Source: the human T2T-CHM13v2.0 reference genome, Homo sapiens
Reading direction: 5' to 3' (one strand)
NCBI RefSeq assembly: GCF_009914755.1
Contig: NC_060938.1
DNA length: 64,000 bases
Position 1 is the stretch's first letter. Every line of letters begins with the position of its first letter. Positions 25,166-39,899 of this stretch are shown piece after piece. Both the position numbers and the translations under genes were made by a program. The notes under the pieces were generated by a model. The model was not told where the DNA came from and ran no database searches. It worked only from the letters and a program-made list of their open reading frames with translations.

Positions 25166-28100
25166 AAAGTCACAGGGCAGGAAATTGGGAGCACAGGACA
25201 TGGTAGATCCAAGAATACAATGTCCCGTGATGTAGCTCTGGAGGCGATTGCGAATGGTCTGCCTTGGGGCCAGGCATCTTCTCTGGGGCTCGGGAGGGTG
25301 AGACCCCTGACTGAGCTGGCCTGAGGGCCCAGGGCTATGTCCAGCATGGCCTGTTTTCTCCCTGCCTCCTGGCCAGGGGTATTTGTTCCCAATGTCCTCC
25401 CGGCCTCAGGGTTCTCTGCTCTGCCTTATTTGTCCTCAGACATTCGTTTTGAGCTTGTTCAGACCCGTGTGTACTCTGCCTTGTGGCTTTGTCCACTTGA
25501 GGTGGAGGCTCCAGGGTGCTTTGTGGAGCCCCACAGCTTCCACCAGGTGCCTGGATCTCTGCATGCTCATTAAGCAGTGAGGCTTATTTAAAATTATTAT
25601 AACCAAATGTGTCCATCTCAGTTATTTCTTGGCTGGTTTTCTGTGTTGGACTGCAGGGATAGAGAGGAGAGTTCAGCCTCACAATAAGAGAACAATTGCT
25701 GTAGCTCTGGCCCAGCTATTTCTGAGCTGGGAGACTTTTAGCCAGCTGCTTAGGCATCCTGAGCCTCACTGTTCTCAACTGAAAAATGGGTATGATGTGG
25801 GAGCAGATCAAATGGGAAAATGTCTGTCATCAGGTCTTGTAAAGTGGAAACAGCAGTCTGGGAATCCTCAGGATACGTTTATGCGACCCTGGGCAGGCCA
25901 GAGCTGCTAGACTCTAAAGCTTTGAATTTTCCAGCTGGTCAGGACTGTCTCCAGCCACCAGGGCAAGACTTTGCAGCTCAGACATGGTGGCCTGAAATGG
26001 TGGGAAGTTGACCAGAGAGAGGAGGCTGGGGAGTCCCAGCACCTACTTCGTTCCTGAGTGGAAGACTGCTGGTCTGGCTTTGAAACCTTGCTTCATGACA
26101 CTTGCTTTACCTTGTGAAGAAAGCAAAGTGAGTTCAGCAGGGGACTTGATGTTTCAACAAGGCTTTGAAAACCATCAGAATATTGGACCGGGAGGGAAGG
26201 TTATGAGGCAGGAAGAGTGGTTCTGTTTGGGGTCTTCAGAGCACAGCTGTCCCACCGTTGTCTGCATCCCTGTCTGACATGACTTAGGTTCCCTGGAGCA
26301 GGGAAGATGCAGGCTGCGGAGACAGTCCTCGGCCAGTGCCCTCTGCTTGTGGGGGCCGTAGAGCACGCATGGCCTTGCTGCCATCACCAGGCCTGAGGGA
26401 GGATGGCAGTCACGCTGCCGAGAAGGACCCACAGATATTATCAACAACACAGAGAAAGCTGCTGTCGGAAGGCCCCTTCCCAGCCCAGGATTCGGTCTGC
26501 CCAGCAGAGGAGAAAGAGAAGAGGCTGGGAGTCTAACCTAGAGTTGAAGCCTTTCCCTTCCTAGCTGGGCAACCTGCAGCTAGTTACTTGAACTTTCTGA
26601 AACTCGGTCCCCTCACCAGCAAAGCAGGGATAATAATAACTACTTCTTAGGGGTGCTGTGAGATTTAAATAACATTTGTCAATGAGCTGAAGTAAATAAA
26701 AGAAAAAGAGGCATGGTGCCCAAAAAACTGCCCCAGTTCCTTGAGGAAGAAGTATTTGTCCTGCTCACGGCTGGATTGCCAGAGCTTGGTACAGAAGTGG
26801 TCAGTAAGTGTGTGCTAATGAATGAATGAATGAATGGAATGAGGCTCTGTTGAGGCAAGATGAGCCTCTCCTAGAAGGCACTGACTCTAACCCCAGTCCT
26901 AACCCTGGTTCCTGGGCTCTAAAAGGGGGCACGCATTCAAGGCAGATGCATGCCGATCTTGTTAACCTTGCAGATAGAGGAATCCTGTCAGGGATGGATT
27001 GGACAAATGGATGCAATCCAAGGGCAAGAATGCCAGGAGCTTCCTTGAGATTCTCCACCCCTATCCCTAGCCACTGGGTGACTGGCCCCCACTAGAGGTT
27101 CCCTGAGTGCCTGTACTTCCCCGCTTTTACCTTGAATCAGGGTTGCATTGGAATGGCCTGTGCTCTTCTGTACTCCAATTGGATTGCAGACTACATGAAG
27201 ACAAAGACTTGTCTATTGCACCTAGTATAGTACCCCGTGCATGGTGGGTGCTTGCAGTAAGTGTTTCTTGAATGAATGAACAAGTGGCGATGAGTACAAT
27301 AAAACTACTGTTCTCCATCAGTTCTGAGAGTCTTGGGGGATTGTTCTTTGTCAGTTTGTTCTCGGCTTCCTCTTTTAATTTGGCTGTTGACTTGCATTTT
27401 CATGAAATTAGGTGAGGTTTGACCCACTGAAAATTCTTTTTCATCAGGCATAGGAGACACAGCATTTGCAAGTGGATGCCAAATCAGTGCTTGATTAAAC
27501 AGACAATGAATGTGAGAACAAAGATTATACAGCAGAGATGATGCGGTACATACAGATGGGGATGCATCTACCTTGTTAGAAAACTGCCTTCCATACTAAT
27601 GGATTTGTTGAAAGGCTAAGGCAGTGGAAACTGCAGCTTTGAAATTATCTAAGGTTTTCATTTAAACTGGCAGCAAAGAGAAACTGATGCAGGCTTCTCT
27701 GTGGTCCAACAGTCGTCTTCTTCAAGCTTTTGCCCAGGGCCATGTCTCAGCTCAGGATATAGGAGTCTGTATTTGCATACAAATTGCAAATATCTACAAA
27801 TTCTTTGCTCAAGCAATTTTTAAGCAAAATGTTATTGCTTCCCTGAAGGTCATAATTCCTTGCTTTTTCTCTTCAATATTCTTCTTGCTTAGGAGCCACT
27901 CACATTGACCCAGATTTCCCACCCCAGGAGTGGGCAGGAGGGTGGAAGGAGCCAAAGGAAGGGGAGCAGGTGGCTGAGTGATGGAACCCGCTTTTCAGGA
28001 TGCCCAGAACCTGACCTAAGTGTTTTAAGTATTATTTCATTTAATTACCCAGCCAGCTCTTCAGGGTAGACACTATTATGATATCCATTTATAATGAGGA

Positions 28101-28574
28101 AATCAAGGTTCAGAGATGTTGTGTGAGTCTCTCAAAGTCACACAGCTAGGAATGGCAGAGCCTGGAATCCAACGATGTCTGATTCCCAGAATTGAGTCTT
28201 AATCTATGCTGTTTCTGTAAACCACTTACTCTTTATGTCCCCTTAAATATATTAGGCAATTCTATTAAAATTATTAACAATAGTATGCCAAGTCTACTGA
28301 CTTGTCCCTAAACTGTTTCCAAATGTGAATGTGCTAGGAGCTTTCTGGAGTTAAAGTGGGGGTAGGATCAGCTACATAATTTGGAGGCTTTAGTGAAAAA
28401 TGAAAATATGGGTCATCTAATTCATAAATAATTAATAATTTCAAACGATGACAGTGGAGTATTGAACCAAGTGTGGGGCCCTTTTAAGCTCAGAGCTCTG
28501 GGTGGAATGTATGTCTATTTTGTCTTGGTACCTGGCATTGGGTCTGGCACATGGTAGACAGTAAAAGCTACTGG

Positions 28575-28935
28575 CTAATTGATACAAAGGAACGAGATCA
28601 TGTCCTTTGCAGGGACATGGATCGAGCTGGAGGTCATTATTCTCAGCAAACTAATGCAGGAACAGAAAACCAAATACCACAAGTTCTCACTTACAAGTGG
28701 AACTGAATGATGAGAACACATGGACACATTGGTGGGGAACAACACACTCTGCAGCCTGTTGGAGGGCTCAGGGACAGGAGGGAGAGCATCAGGAAGAATA
28801 GTCAATGGATGCTGGGCTTAATACCTAGGTGATGGGATGATCTGTGCAGCAAACCAGCATGGCACACGTTCACCTATGTAACAACCCTGCACATCCTGCA
28901 CATGTACCCCTGAGCTTAAAAGAAAAAAAAGAAAA
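28575..28935 (+). mobile_element. L1 (L1PA-type) 3' end fragment
   Basis: ATCATGTCCTTTGCAGGGACATGG...CCTGCACATGTACCCC + A tail. Confidence 0.9.
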
Positions 28936-30377
28936 CACTGCTGGCTATTTGAATGAAATAATGCAATAAATACTTATCATTACTACATACCAAGCAGGGT
29001 TTAGGCACAGGCGACACAGCAGTAGACAACATACGTAAGGTCCCTGACCCCATAGCACATATAGTCTAGAGGGACAGAGAAACAAGTAAACCAAAAAATG
29101 CACAAGTTTATTCCAAGATAGTAATAGGTGTTATGTACAGATAAAACGGGACAACGGAAAGTCACTAGGAAGATGGTGTGGAGGGGTAAGGGCTAACTTC
29201 AGATGGGGCATCAGTTGGCATTTGATGCAAGACTTGGGTGATAGGAGTCAGAAAGATTGGGGAAGAGCTTTCTGGGCAGAGAAAGTAGTGATGTAAGATT
29301 TCACAGAGGAATGAATGAATGACATGAATGAATGAGCAGCATGGGTAGAGTGGATGCATGCCCATGGGGGTTTCCCATGTAGTAAGCTCCAGTCCCTTGG
29401 CTATCCCCCACCTCAATCCATGATGGCCCCCTCCCTACCTATCCAGTTGCCCTCTCATTCACTGTGCCAGTCTTCTCTGAATCCTTCGAAGGCACCAAGT
29501 TATTCTCTGCTTAGCACCTTCCCACAGCAGATCCTCTGCGTGCTTCCCCGACTCTGCCTGAGGGGCTCCTTCTCATCTTTCAGGTCTCAGCTTAAATGTC
29601 AGCCCTTACAGGGCCCTCTGCTCATCCATGTTCAAGCAGCTCAAAATATTATTCTCTCTCATAAAACCCTGATGATTTCCTTCATAACTACAACTAAATT
29701 AGCTTCTAGTTTTTGCTGTAAAACTCTCTGAGGGTATCATGGATCAAGGGTCATGTGTACTTAATTTGTTTATGAACCTTAGTTAATAAAAATGAAAGCT
29801 GACCTCCCTCCCTGCCTCATACTCCTTTATAATGGAACCAGTATGAATAGGCATACACAAGTGAGAGTAATTCCCTGATACCAAAAATCAACTAACTAGC
29901 TAATTGATTAATGAATCACAAACATATGTTGAGAACCTATGATTTAGAAGGCACTGGGGATTCCAATGTGAAATATGTAGTTCACTCTTCAAAGAGCAGA
30001 GATGATTGAGGGAAGTAGACAATCACACCAACAGTCCCACACAGTGCAATATAAGCCATGTCAGAACATGCTGGGGTGGAGGGATTAGGTTATCATGGAA
30101 GGCTTCCTGGAGGTGGTGACGCCTGAATGGAGCCTTAACCTATGATTAAGGGTTAAAGTGTATGAGCCTTGAGGAATGAGATGTACCCCTAAAAGGAAGA
30201 AGGTATAAGAGGCATGGAGAGATTGTGGGGTGTACTTGTGGAATCGCAAGAAGTGTGGTCCGTACAGGGAACAGGGAGGCGGATTTTTGGGGGCTGAGTT
30301 TTGACAGGTAGGCAGGTGCTGATCATGAAGGGCCTTGGGCGGTAAGCTAAGAAATTTGGATTTTATTTTAAGAATGT

Positions 30378-30745
30378 GCAATGGACTGAATGTTTGTGCT
30401 CCACCCCCGCAAACTCATATGTTGAAACCTAACCCCCAAAGTGATGGTATTAGAAAGTGGGGGCTCTTGGGAGGTGATTAAGTCGTGAGGGTGGCAGCCC
30501 TCATGAATGGGATTAATACCCTTATAAAAGACACCCTAGAGAACTCTCCTCCATGTGAGGGTACAACAAGAAGGTGGCCATCTGCAACCTGCAACCTGGA
30601 AGACTCCCCTCACCAGCACCTAACCATCCTGGCACCTGATCTTGGACTTACAGCCTGCGGATCTGGAGCAATACATTTCTGTTGTTTATAAGCCACCCAG
30701 TCTATGGTACTTCGTTGTAACAGCATGAACAAACTAAGAGTGATA
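30378..30745 (+). mobile_element. MaLR LTR (MLT1/MST-like)
   Basis: TGGACTGAATGTTTGTG...GTTGTTTATAAGCCACCCAGTCTATGGTA consensus motifs. Confidence 0.8.
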
Positions 30746-30833
30746 GAGAGCTTCAAGAATTCCAAGCAGGGGCTGTGCAAGGCAAAAAAAAAAAAAAAGA
30801 AAAAGAAAAAAGAAAAAGAATTCCATACAGGAA

Positions 30834-31140
30834 GGCCAGGCATGGCAGCTCACACTTATAATCCTAGCGCTTTGGGAAGTGGAGATGGGGCAGGGTGGGG
30901 GGGAACTGCTTGAGGCCAGGAGCTTCAGACCAATTTGGGCAACATAGGGAGACCCTGTTTCTACCAAATAAAAAATTAAATATTAGCCAGGCATGGTGCT
31001 GCACAGCTTTAGTCCTAGCTACTTGGGAGGCTGAGGTGCGAGGATCGCTTGAGCCCAGGAGTTCAAGGCTACAGTGACATGATTGTGCCACTGCACTCCA
31101 TCCTGGGCAACAGAACGGGATCCAATCTCTAAATAAAGAA
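30834..31140 (+). mobile_element. Alu (J-like)
   Basis: Diverged consensus + A-rich tail. Confidence 0.85.
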
Positions 31141-31349
31141 AAAAAGAAGAAAAAGAAACGAGAAAGAATGGCAAGAAAGTGATATAATCAGATTTTCATT
31201 ATGAAAAACGTCCTCTTCCATAGCACAGAAGAGGACAGACTATTAGAGGGTAGTGATGGATGTCTATTCTTTATCAGCCAAAACCTCCTGCCTCCTTTTT
31301 CTGGGAAAAGCTCTTTCCCTTGTGGGTTGAATAGAAACTTCCATTTTAT

Positions 31350-31855
31350 TATAGACTCTATTAGCTACCTATTGCCGTGTAAAAAATTACCCCACAATTT
31401 AGTGGCTGGAAACAATTAACATTTATTATCTCACAGTTTCCATGGGTCAGGAATCCAGGAGTGGCTTAGCTGAGGGTTCTGGCTCAGAGACTCTCATGAG
31501 GTTGCAATCAGTGTGTCAAGCCAGGGCTGCAGTCATCTCAAGGCTCAAGCAGGGCTAGAGAATCTGCTTCCAAGCTCACTTCCATGGGCTGTCTCCATAG
31601 GGCTGTCTCACAACATGGCAGCTGGCTACCCTTGGAACCAACAGTCTCAGAGAGACTGAGAGAGCACACCTAAGATGGAAGCCACAGTCCTTCTGTAACT
31701 TCATACTGGTAGTGAGATCTCATTACTTCTGCTGTATGCTATTTTAGGAGAGTCATTCATAAGTTCAGCCTTCCCCTAAGAGGAGGGTTTACACGAGGGC
31801 TTGACTACCAGGAGGCAGGAATCACTGGGGGCCACCTCAGAGGCTGCCCACCACA
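31350..31855 (-). mobile_element. MaLR LTR (MLT1-like)
   Basis: ATTTATTATCTCACAGTTTC...GGGTCAGGAATC...GGCTGCCCACCACA motifs. Confidence 0.75.
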
Positions 31856-34186
31856 CAGATCCCACCATGTCCTCAGGGCAGGTAACCCAAGCTGGGCCAG
31901 TCCAGTCAGAACATTTCTTGGGATCTTTTAACTCGACTAGAAAGAAGGAATCTTTCTAAAGTGGTAAAACTCGAAGACAATGGGCATCCCTGTGGGAAAG
32001 AGCTGGCCTGTGATGGGAATGACACTAACACTTCAAGGGAAGCAGGGACCAGAAATAGCAGGCATTCCTGTTGCCCATCAGCTTCTGGTTCCACTTGATC
32101 CTAAGACTCACCTGTGCTCTGGCCATTCCTGTAATTTGTTTACACAACTCAATAAACTATACCCCTCACTCTTGTTGCCTGAGCTAAGTCAGGATGGGTT
32201 TCTGTCATTTGTAACGAGAGAATGATGACTGACTAACTGATCGAGAGTCACCCTGAGGTAGGAAGATCAATTAGGAAACTATTGCAGATGATAACTGATG
32301 AGGGCCTGATGAAGGCACTGGGGTTCTGATTAGGGCCCAAACAGGAGGACACATAGGAATGGAAGGAGGGATCATGGCAGACGGTCTTATTCCATTATAT
32401 CCCCAGATGTTAACATTGTGTCTGGCACATAGTAAGTGCTAAGTAAATATTTGTGGAAATGAATAATTAAATAAATGAATAGAGGCAGAGAGACAAAGAT
32501 AAAAGCAAGACTTGCTGACCAACTGGATGTGGAAAGTGAGGAAGAAAGAAATGAAAGCTTGTACCCAGACCTCAGCCGTGAAAGGTTGGCTGGCTAGCAA
32601 CACCATTCAAGACAGAGCTGCTTTGGATGGGGTCCATGAGGAGGGGTGGTGAGCTCCACTGTGAACCACTGGCATGTGTCTTCAAGGCAAGCGGCTGATC
32701 TTAGGGAACGGAGTGGTTAACTTTTCTTCAAGAGGAACATCCATGTTGTTGGCCTCCCCAGCTCTGTCCACGTTACCTACAGAGTGACGCAACCACGTGC
32801 ACTCAAAACTAGAGAAAGACCTACTTTTACAAGTAGGCAATGAACACAACCACCTCAGGGACTAGTGGCTCCTGATTAGGAACAGTCTAAAGTTAGCATG
32901 ACAAAATCAGCTGTCAACTGTCAGCTTAATGAGTCTTCCGACTCCCTGAAGGAGCTCTCTAAGGTCCCCCTGAGGACAGCTTACTTCCCAACCAGACTGG
33001 GGAAGATTGTAGAGATGAGTGGAGAGGCCTGAAATTGGGAATTCAGAAAACACATTTGCTCTTCTCCTTTGGGGATGCCCACACTGAGTGAGGCTGGGCA
33101 CATTTGGCAGCTTTTTATAAACTGGCATTGGAAAGCTGTCAGAGGTGGGAAATGCCCCCTTTTCTATTGGCATTCTTGTGTCCAGTCAGAAGCAGTCTAG
33201 GGAGGTGGTTAAGCAAGGGTTGTTAAATGTCACCAGAATTTAGTTTGAAGTGCTGACTCTGTTTACATCCCTGGGCGAGCTCATTAGCATGTGTCAGAAA
33301 TGCAGCTTCAGTGGCCCCAAACATTCCCCACTGCTCCCAGGCTTACAGAACACCAGCCTGACATAGCAGAGCTACCTCGGGCTTCCTTGCAAGCTCCGCC
33401 TGCCAAGCAACCAGACAAGTCGTCCTCAACAAAGGCTTCTTTTGTGGCCCAAATATGCCCTGCTTTGATAATGCATCATTCCCTCTTCTGCTCAGGCTGA
33501 GGGGAGAGGGTGGGGCAGCGTATCCAGGTGGAGTGGAGCAGTGAATGTGGTCTGTGAATGGTAAAGCCCTATGGAGGAGTAAGGATCATGGATGCATTGT
33601 CAGTCTTAGAAGTGTTCCTACTGGCTTTAGCACTACCGCTATGCAGTAGCCAAGATAGGATATAACTTTGTGATCGAATCTTTTATTTTTTTTTAACTTT
33701 TCATTATGGAAAGTTTCAAGCATATGAAAAAGAAGAGGTGAAACCCACCACCCAGGTTATCAATTTATGGCTAATCTTGTTTCATCTACACCCTTCCACT
33801 GGATTATTTGAAGCACATCTCATATATGTCATTTTATCTGTAAATATTTCAGTATACACTCTAAAAGAGAATTTGAAAAAATAACCACAATGGCATTATC
33901 AAATCTAAAAATCACAATAATTCCTTAATACTGCTGGAATCTTATACTGATGGGCAAAGGAGCCTCCTGGTGCTATCTTCTCCTTTGCCCTCCATCTCCA
34001 ACAGGAACAGTGCGCCAAGTGCAAATCAATGCAAAAGGCAAGATCCCACCTATGCTAGGGTCATTACTGCTTTGTGAGCAGCTTTAGCAATTTAAAAATA
34101 TTTCTTGAAATAGCTTGATACAATTTTAAAAACCAAATAAACAGTCCTTATGTTTTTATCAGATCTTTTGGCCCTTACCAAAGGGC

Positions 34187-34250
34187 CAAGGACAGCCTAT
34201 TAGAGAATCAAAGTGCTACAAGGATAGCCTATTAGAGAATCAAGAAGTGC
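34187..34250 (+). repeat. ~32-bp tandem duplication
   Basis: CAAGGAyAGCCTATTAGAGAATCAA...AAGTGC present twice. Confidence 0.9.
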
Positions 34251-34393
34251 CGGAAGTTGAACAAGATTCCTTGCCTGAGCAGCTGGTGACTGGACTGCCC
34301 TGGGGTCCTTGGCCTCCACTAAGATACAGGGGTAACTTCACGGTAACATGAATGTTTTTAGACTTCTTTCTGGTAGTATTGTATTAATAGTAA

Positions 34394-34729
<336 letters not shown>

Positions 34730-34802
34730 TGATTAAGTATAACGTACATATAGAAAGTGTGCAAAACTCTTAAGAGTTTGTTTTGTAATAATAGTTATCA
34801 TT

Positions 34803-35134
<332 letters not shown>

Positions 35135-35621
35135 CTACACTTACCCGAGGATTAAGTTAAACAGTGAAAATGAGGTGGAAACAGCATAACTGTTACTAGG
35201 ACAGCCGGTCACATAAATGTGGAGTTACCTTTATGGATGAGCAGGATGAGTAGGGCATCCCTGTGCAGGAGTGGCCTGCAGTGAGGAGTTAGAGCCCAAG
35301 TAGGAAGAGGAGCTTGTCTAGGCAGAAGGTGGCTGGGGGTTGGAGTGCCTATCAAAGCTGGTGATGGGCAGGGGGAGGTGAGGCGGTTGTCCTTGTTGGG
35401 AAGCCTGAGTGATCCATCCACAGGCTCTTGGGGCAACATACTCCGTGTTGGCTGCAAACACTGACTCACTGATACGGGGTCTGTTGACATAGAATCTTAT
35501 ACAAACTGTGGAATCCCAATATCTACACTGGTCTGTTGCAGGAATGCTGGGTAGTATTCAGAGATGCTCACCATTCACACATAGGTCACAAGGCTCAAAT
35601 ACATAATTGTCTTAGTAGTGA

Positions 35622-35923
<302 letters not shown>

Positions 35924-36834
35924 TGATCTCTAATCAACTTCATTCTAATAAGCATTTGTCCTCAACAGCCTTTCAGTACCTGCACCTTCAAATCTTTTCC
36001 TAACACTCTGCAAGAAACATGAGGTTTCCTGCCCTCTGTCATTATACCTGCAACCTCCCATTGGGATTTGCAAAATAATTGGGATGAGCATTGTGGTAAT
36101 CCTTCCTGGAGTTGCATTGTAGGTGGAAGTTGGTGACCATACTTCTAACAGGTCTCTGAGCTCACTGACAGTGTCAAGGACAAAGTGATCTCTAGAATGG
36201 CCAGGGGCATTGCAGGGCAAGGACCCAGAACTGTGGGATACTCTTCAAACTACTCACCATGGAACAGACACTAAAAGACTCAACTATACTCTTTTTCTCC
36301 AAGGCTAGAGAGGCAATATAGTTGGCCAAGCCCAAGGGTCCTGTAACAGAGTAGGTACTCCACAACAAATGCTTGTAGGTAAAGGTGGGAGTTAGTATTA
36401 CCATGACAACTCCTCCAACCCTGGGCTTCCAAGAAAGAAACCATGATCTATCCCATTTCTCTTAAATTACAGCCCACACACTTTAACTTCAAACATCTAT
36501 TGACAAGAATGCAGGGCCTGTCTCAGTTAAGTGATGTCATCAGTTCTCATTAGCCTCTTCATAGTCTCTTGAAAAGCATAAAGAAAATTACCTCTGGCAC
36601 AGAAAAGGCTTTTAAACCAACCTTTTCACAGTATGTCTCAAACTGAACATCCACTTAAGTGTATAATTACAAAAAAGAAAGGGTATGCTAGATATGTTGA
36701 CACAGGATCTCTAAATGTAGCTGAAGGAGTTACTATTATCTTCAAAGGCAAAACATCTTTCTTAGGCTTACAAGACAAACTATGTAGTGGAGTAGACAGG
36801 AAAGCAAATCACTAAGAGATTATCTCCCTCTAAG

Positions 36835-37220
36835 TCTTCTTTCTCTTTTTCTTTTCTTTTTTCTTTCTCTTCTTTTTCTTTCTCTTTGTTCTTTTCTTTC
36901 TCTCTCTCTTTCTCTCTTTCCTTTTTCTTTTTTGACACAGGGTCTCAATCTGTTGCCCAGGCTGGAGTGCAGTGGCACAATCTCGGCTTGGCTCACTGCA
37001 GCTGTGACCTCCTGGGCTTAAGCAATCCTCCCACCTCAGCCTCCTGCATAGCTGGGACTACAGGTATATGCCACCACACCCAGCTAATTTTTGCATTTTT
37101 TGTAGAGATGAGGTTTTGCCACGTTGCCCAGGCTGGTCTCAAATTCCTGAGCTCAAGTGATCTGCCCGCCTCAGCCTCCCAATGTGCTGGGATTACAGGC
37201 GTGAGCCACTGTGCCTGGCC
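36835..37220 (-). mobile_element. Alu (J-like) with CT-rich tail
   Basis: Reverse consensus preceded by a (TTTC/TC)n tract. Confidence 0.88.
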
Positions 37221-37836
37221 CTCCTCTAAGGTATCACTGAAATTCCCCTCAGACCATCATCTAGCTTCTTTCAACTTCTCCATCTTTCAAGTGCCCTCAT
37301 GATTTCAGCCTCTCAGCCCCTCCTATCTCCTAGCCCATCATTCACTTGCCTTAATGTCTAGCCTAGAGTGTGAGTAGTCTTTCAGTGTTATGCTTGTTAC
37401 TTACTTATGATTCCTTGTCCACTTAACACTCCCCCAGCACTCCCTCCCATAAAAATGTTATACTGCTTCATGTACTAAAGTTTATGCTCTTCTCTATCCC
37501 TACTGCCTAAGATCATTCTTGTTCATCTTTGTTGCCATTTATGTGCCTTGTTCTGTTTAGTCAGATTCTATCACTATTTACTGTTCACCTACTATATACC
37601 AGGCATTTTCCTATGCTACCTCATGAAAAGCAGTATGTGTAGGATGTCTTGCTAGTCAAAGTGTGGTTACCTGGAAGTTTGTTAAAATTGTAGACTGTGA
37701 GTCCACCACAGACCAACCAAATAAAAATCTGCTCAAGATACTCAGGTGTGCAACATTTTGAACAGTAGTGGTATATTGCACATTAGAATATCCCGAGGTT
37801 TTTAATTCATGTATTTTGAAGTTCTGTCACCGAGTG

Positions 37837-38220
37837 ATGTGTTAGTCTATTTTCTGTTGCTGTAACAAAATACTTACTGGGTAATTTATAAACAATAGGA
37901 ACTTATTTGGCTCACAGTTCTGGAGCCTGGAAGTCCAAGAGCATGGCACTGGCACCTTGCAAGGGCCTTCATGTCATCCCATGGTGGAAGGCAGAAAGCA
38001 AGAAAGAGAGCAAGAAAGAGAGCAGGGGGACTGAACTCACTTTTATGACAAGACCACTCATGATAACTAACTCACTCCTGCGGAAATGACATTAATTTAT
38101 TCATAAGGCTCATACCCTCATGACCCAATCAACTCTTATTAGGCCTTACTTCCAACACTGTTGAATTTGGGATTAAGTTTCCAACACATAAACTTTGGGA
38201 GACACATGCAAACGACAGCA
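37837..38220 (-). mobile_element. MaLR LTR (MST-like)
   Basis: TGTGTTAGTC...GGCTCACAGTTCTGGAG...GTTTCCAACACAT...ACAGCA. Confidence 0.8.
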
Positions 38221-38224
38221 GGTG

Positions 38225-38790
38225 CACGTATTTTTAGGATTGTTATGTCTCTTGATGAAGCTACACTTTTATCATTACAAAGCATCCCCCTTCATCCCTG
38301 GTAATATTCCTTGTTATGAAGTCTCCTTGCCTTATATTAAGTATGGCCACTCCTGCTTCTAATGCTTAGTGTTTGCATGACATACTTTCCGCATCCTTTT
38401 CACTTTTATTGTATCTGTGTCTTAACATGTAAAGTGGATTTCTTATAGACCACATATAGTGGTGTCTTGCTTCATGATCCAGTCTGACAATCCGAGTCTT
38501 TTCATTGAAATGTTTAGACCATTTACATTTAATGAAATTATTAATGACTGGGTCTAAATTTACCATATTGCTGTTTGTTATCTATTTTCCCACCTATTCT
38601 TTGTTCTGGGGTCCTGGCACACAGTAAAACAAAAGCCTCCACAACAAAAGCCTGTAGATGAAGGTGGGAGTTAACATTACCATGGCAACTCCTCCAACCA
38701 CAGGTTTCCACATTATCCTGATATCCTATCTTCTTTTGGATTCTTTTTTTTTAAAGTGATTTCTCTAGGGTTTACAAATAGAGATCTTTA
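38225..38790 (-). mobile_element. Old L1M fragment (interrupted at ~38609-38710)
   Basis: TTTAGACCATTTACATTTAATG and ATCCAGTCTGACAATC L1 motifs. Confidence 0.7.
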
Positions 38791-39341
38791 TTTTATTGTG
38801 AGACAAGTTCTCACTCTGTTACCCATGCTGGAGTGCAATCATAGCTCACTGAAGCCGTGAACTTCTGGGCCTGAGTGATCCTCTTGCCTCAGTCTCCTGA
38901 GTAGTTAGGACTACAGGCACATGCCACCACATCTGGCTAATGTTTAAATTTTTATTTCGTAGAGACAGGGTCTTGCTATGTTGCTCAACTGCAGTCTAGA
39001 ATTCCTGGCATCAAGTGATCCTCCTGCCTTGGCCTCCCAAAGTGCTGAGATTATTGGCATTAGCCACCATGCTTGGCCCTCATATAGACATCTTTAACTT
39101 TTCAGTCTACCGTCGACGTTAAAAAACATTTCAACCATGTATTCCATTTCCCCCTATTGTCCTTTACACTATTGTTGTCATACTTTTTATTTTTGAGATA
39201 CTGTCTCACTCTGCTATCCAGGCTGGAGTACAGTGACGTGATCATAGCTCACTGCAGCCTCCAACTCTTGGGCTCATTTGATCCTCCTGCCTTGGCCTCC
39301 CAAAGTGCTGGGATTACAGGTGTGAGCCACCACACCTGGCC
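38790..39341 (-). mobile_element. Alu (J-like, 38790-39078) and Alu monomer (39185-39341)
   Basis: Reverse consensus. Confidence 0.85.
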
Positions 39342-39899
39342 TAAGATCCATTTTTAAACTTTGCTATGGTAAATCCATAGTAGCCTTAATTTAAGGGACC
39401 ATTGGTCTTATTACAAATTTTAACACTTTTGGAGGCTTCAGTGAATCCCTTAGTTGGTGACACAGGACTCTAGTGGTCAGATTATGTTTCCTCACCCTGT
39501 ATGAGCTCTGAGAATTGTTCTTCTGACTCCCCATTCTATGCCCAGCCTCCTTTCCTCCAAGATAGTAATTCATTTTACTCATTTAATGAGTTAAGACCAT
39601 TTAACACAAACTCTTTCAACTTTCCATGTCACTTTTTCTTCTGAGGTTAATCATTCCATCAGTATCCTGTTTAGTAATACATTGCACCATTATGTTTCCT
39701 CAGGAACAGAGCTAGAAAGTTAACCCAAGGTAACCACTTAGGGCCATGCTTCTCATAAGCAATCTGGTCTAGTAATACATTGCACCATTATGTAATACAC
39801 TGACTCATGGTCAACTTGGGTTAACATTGTAGCTCTGTTCCTGAGGAAACACAATGGTGCAATGTATTACTAGACAAGACTGCTTATGAGAAACATGGC

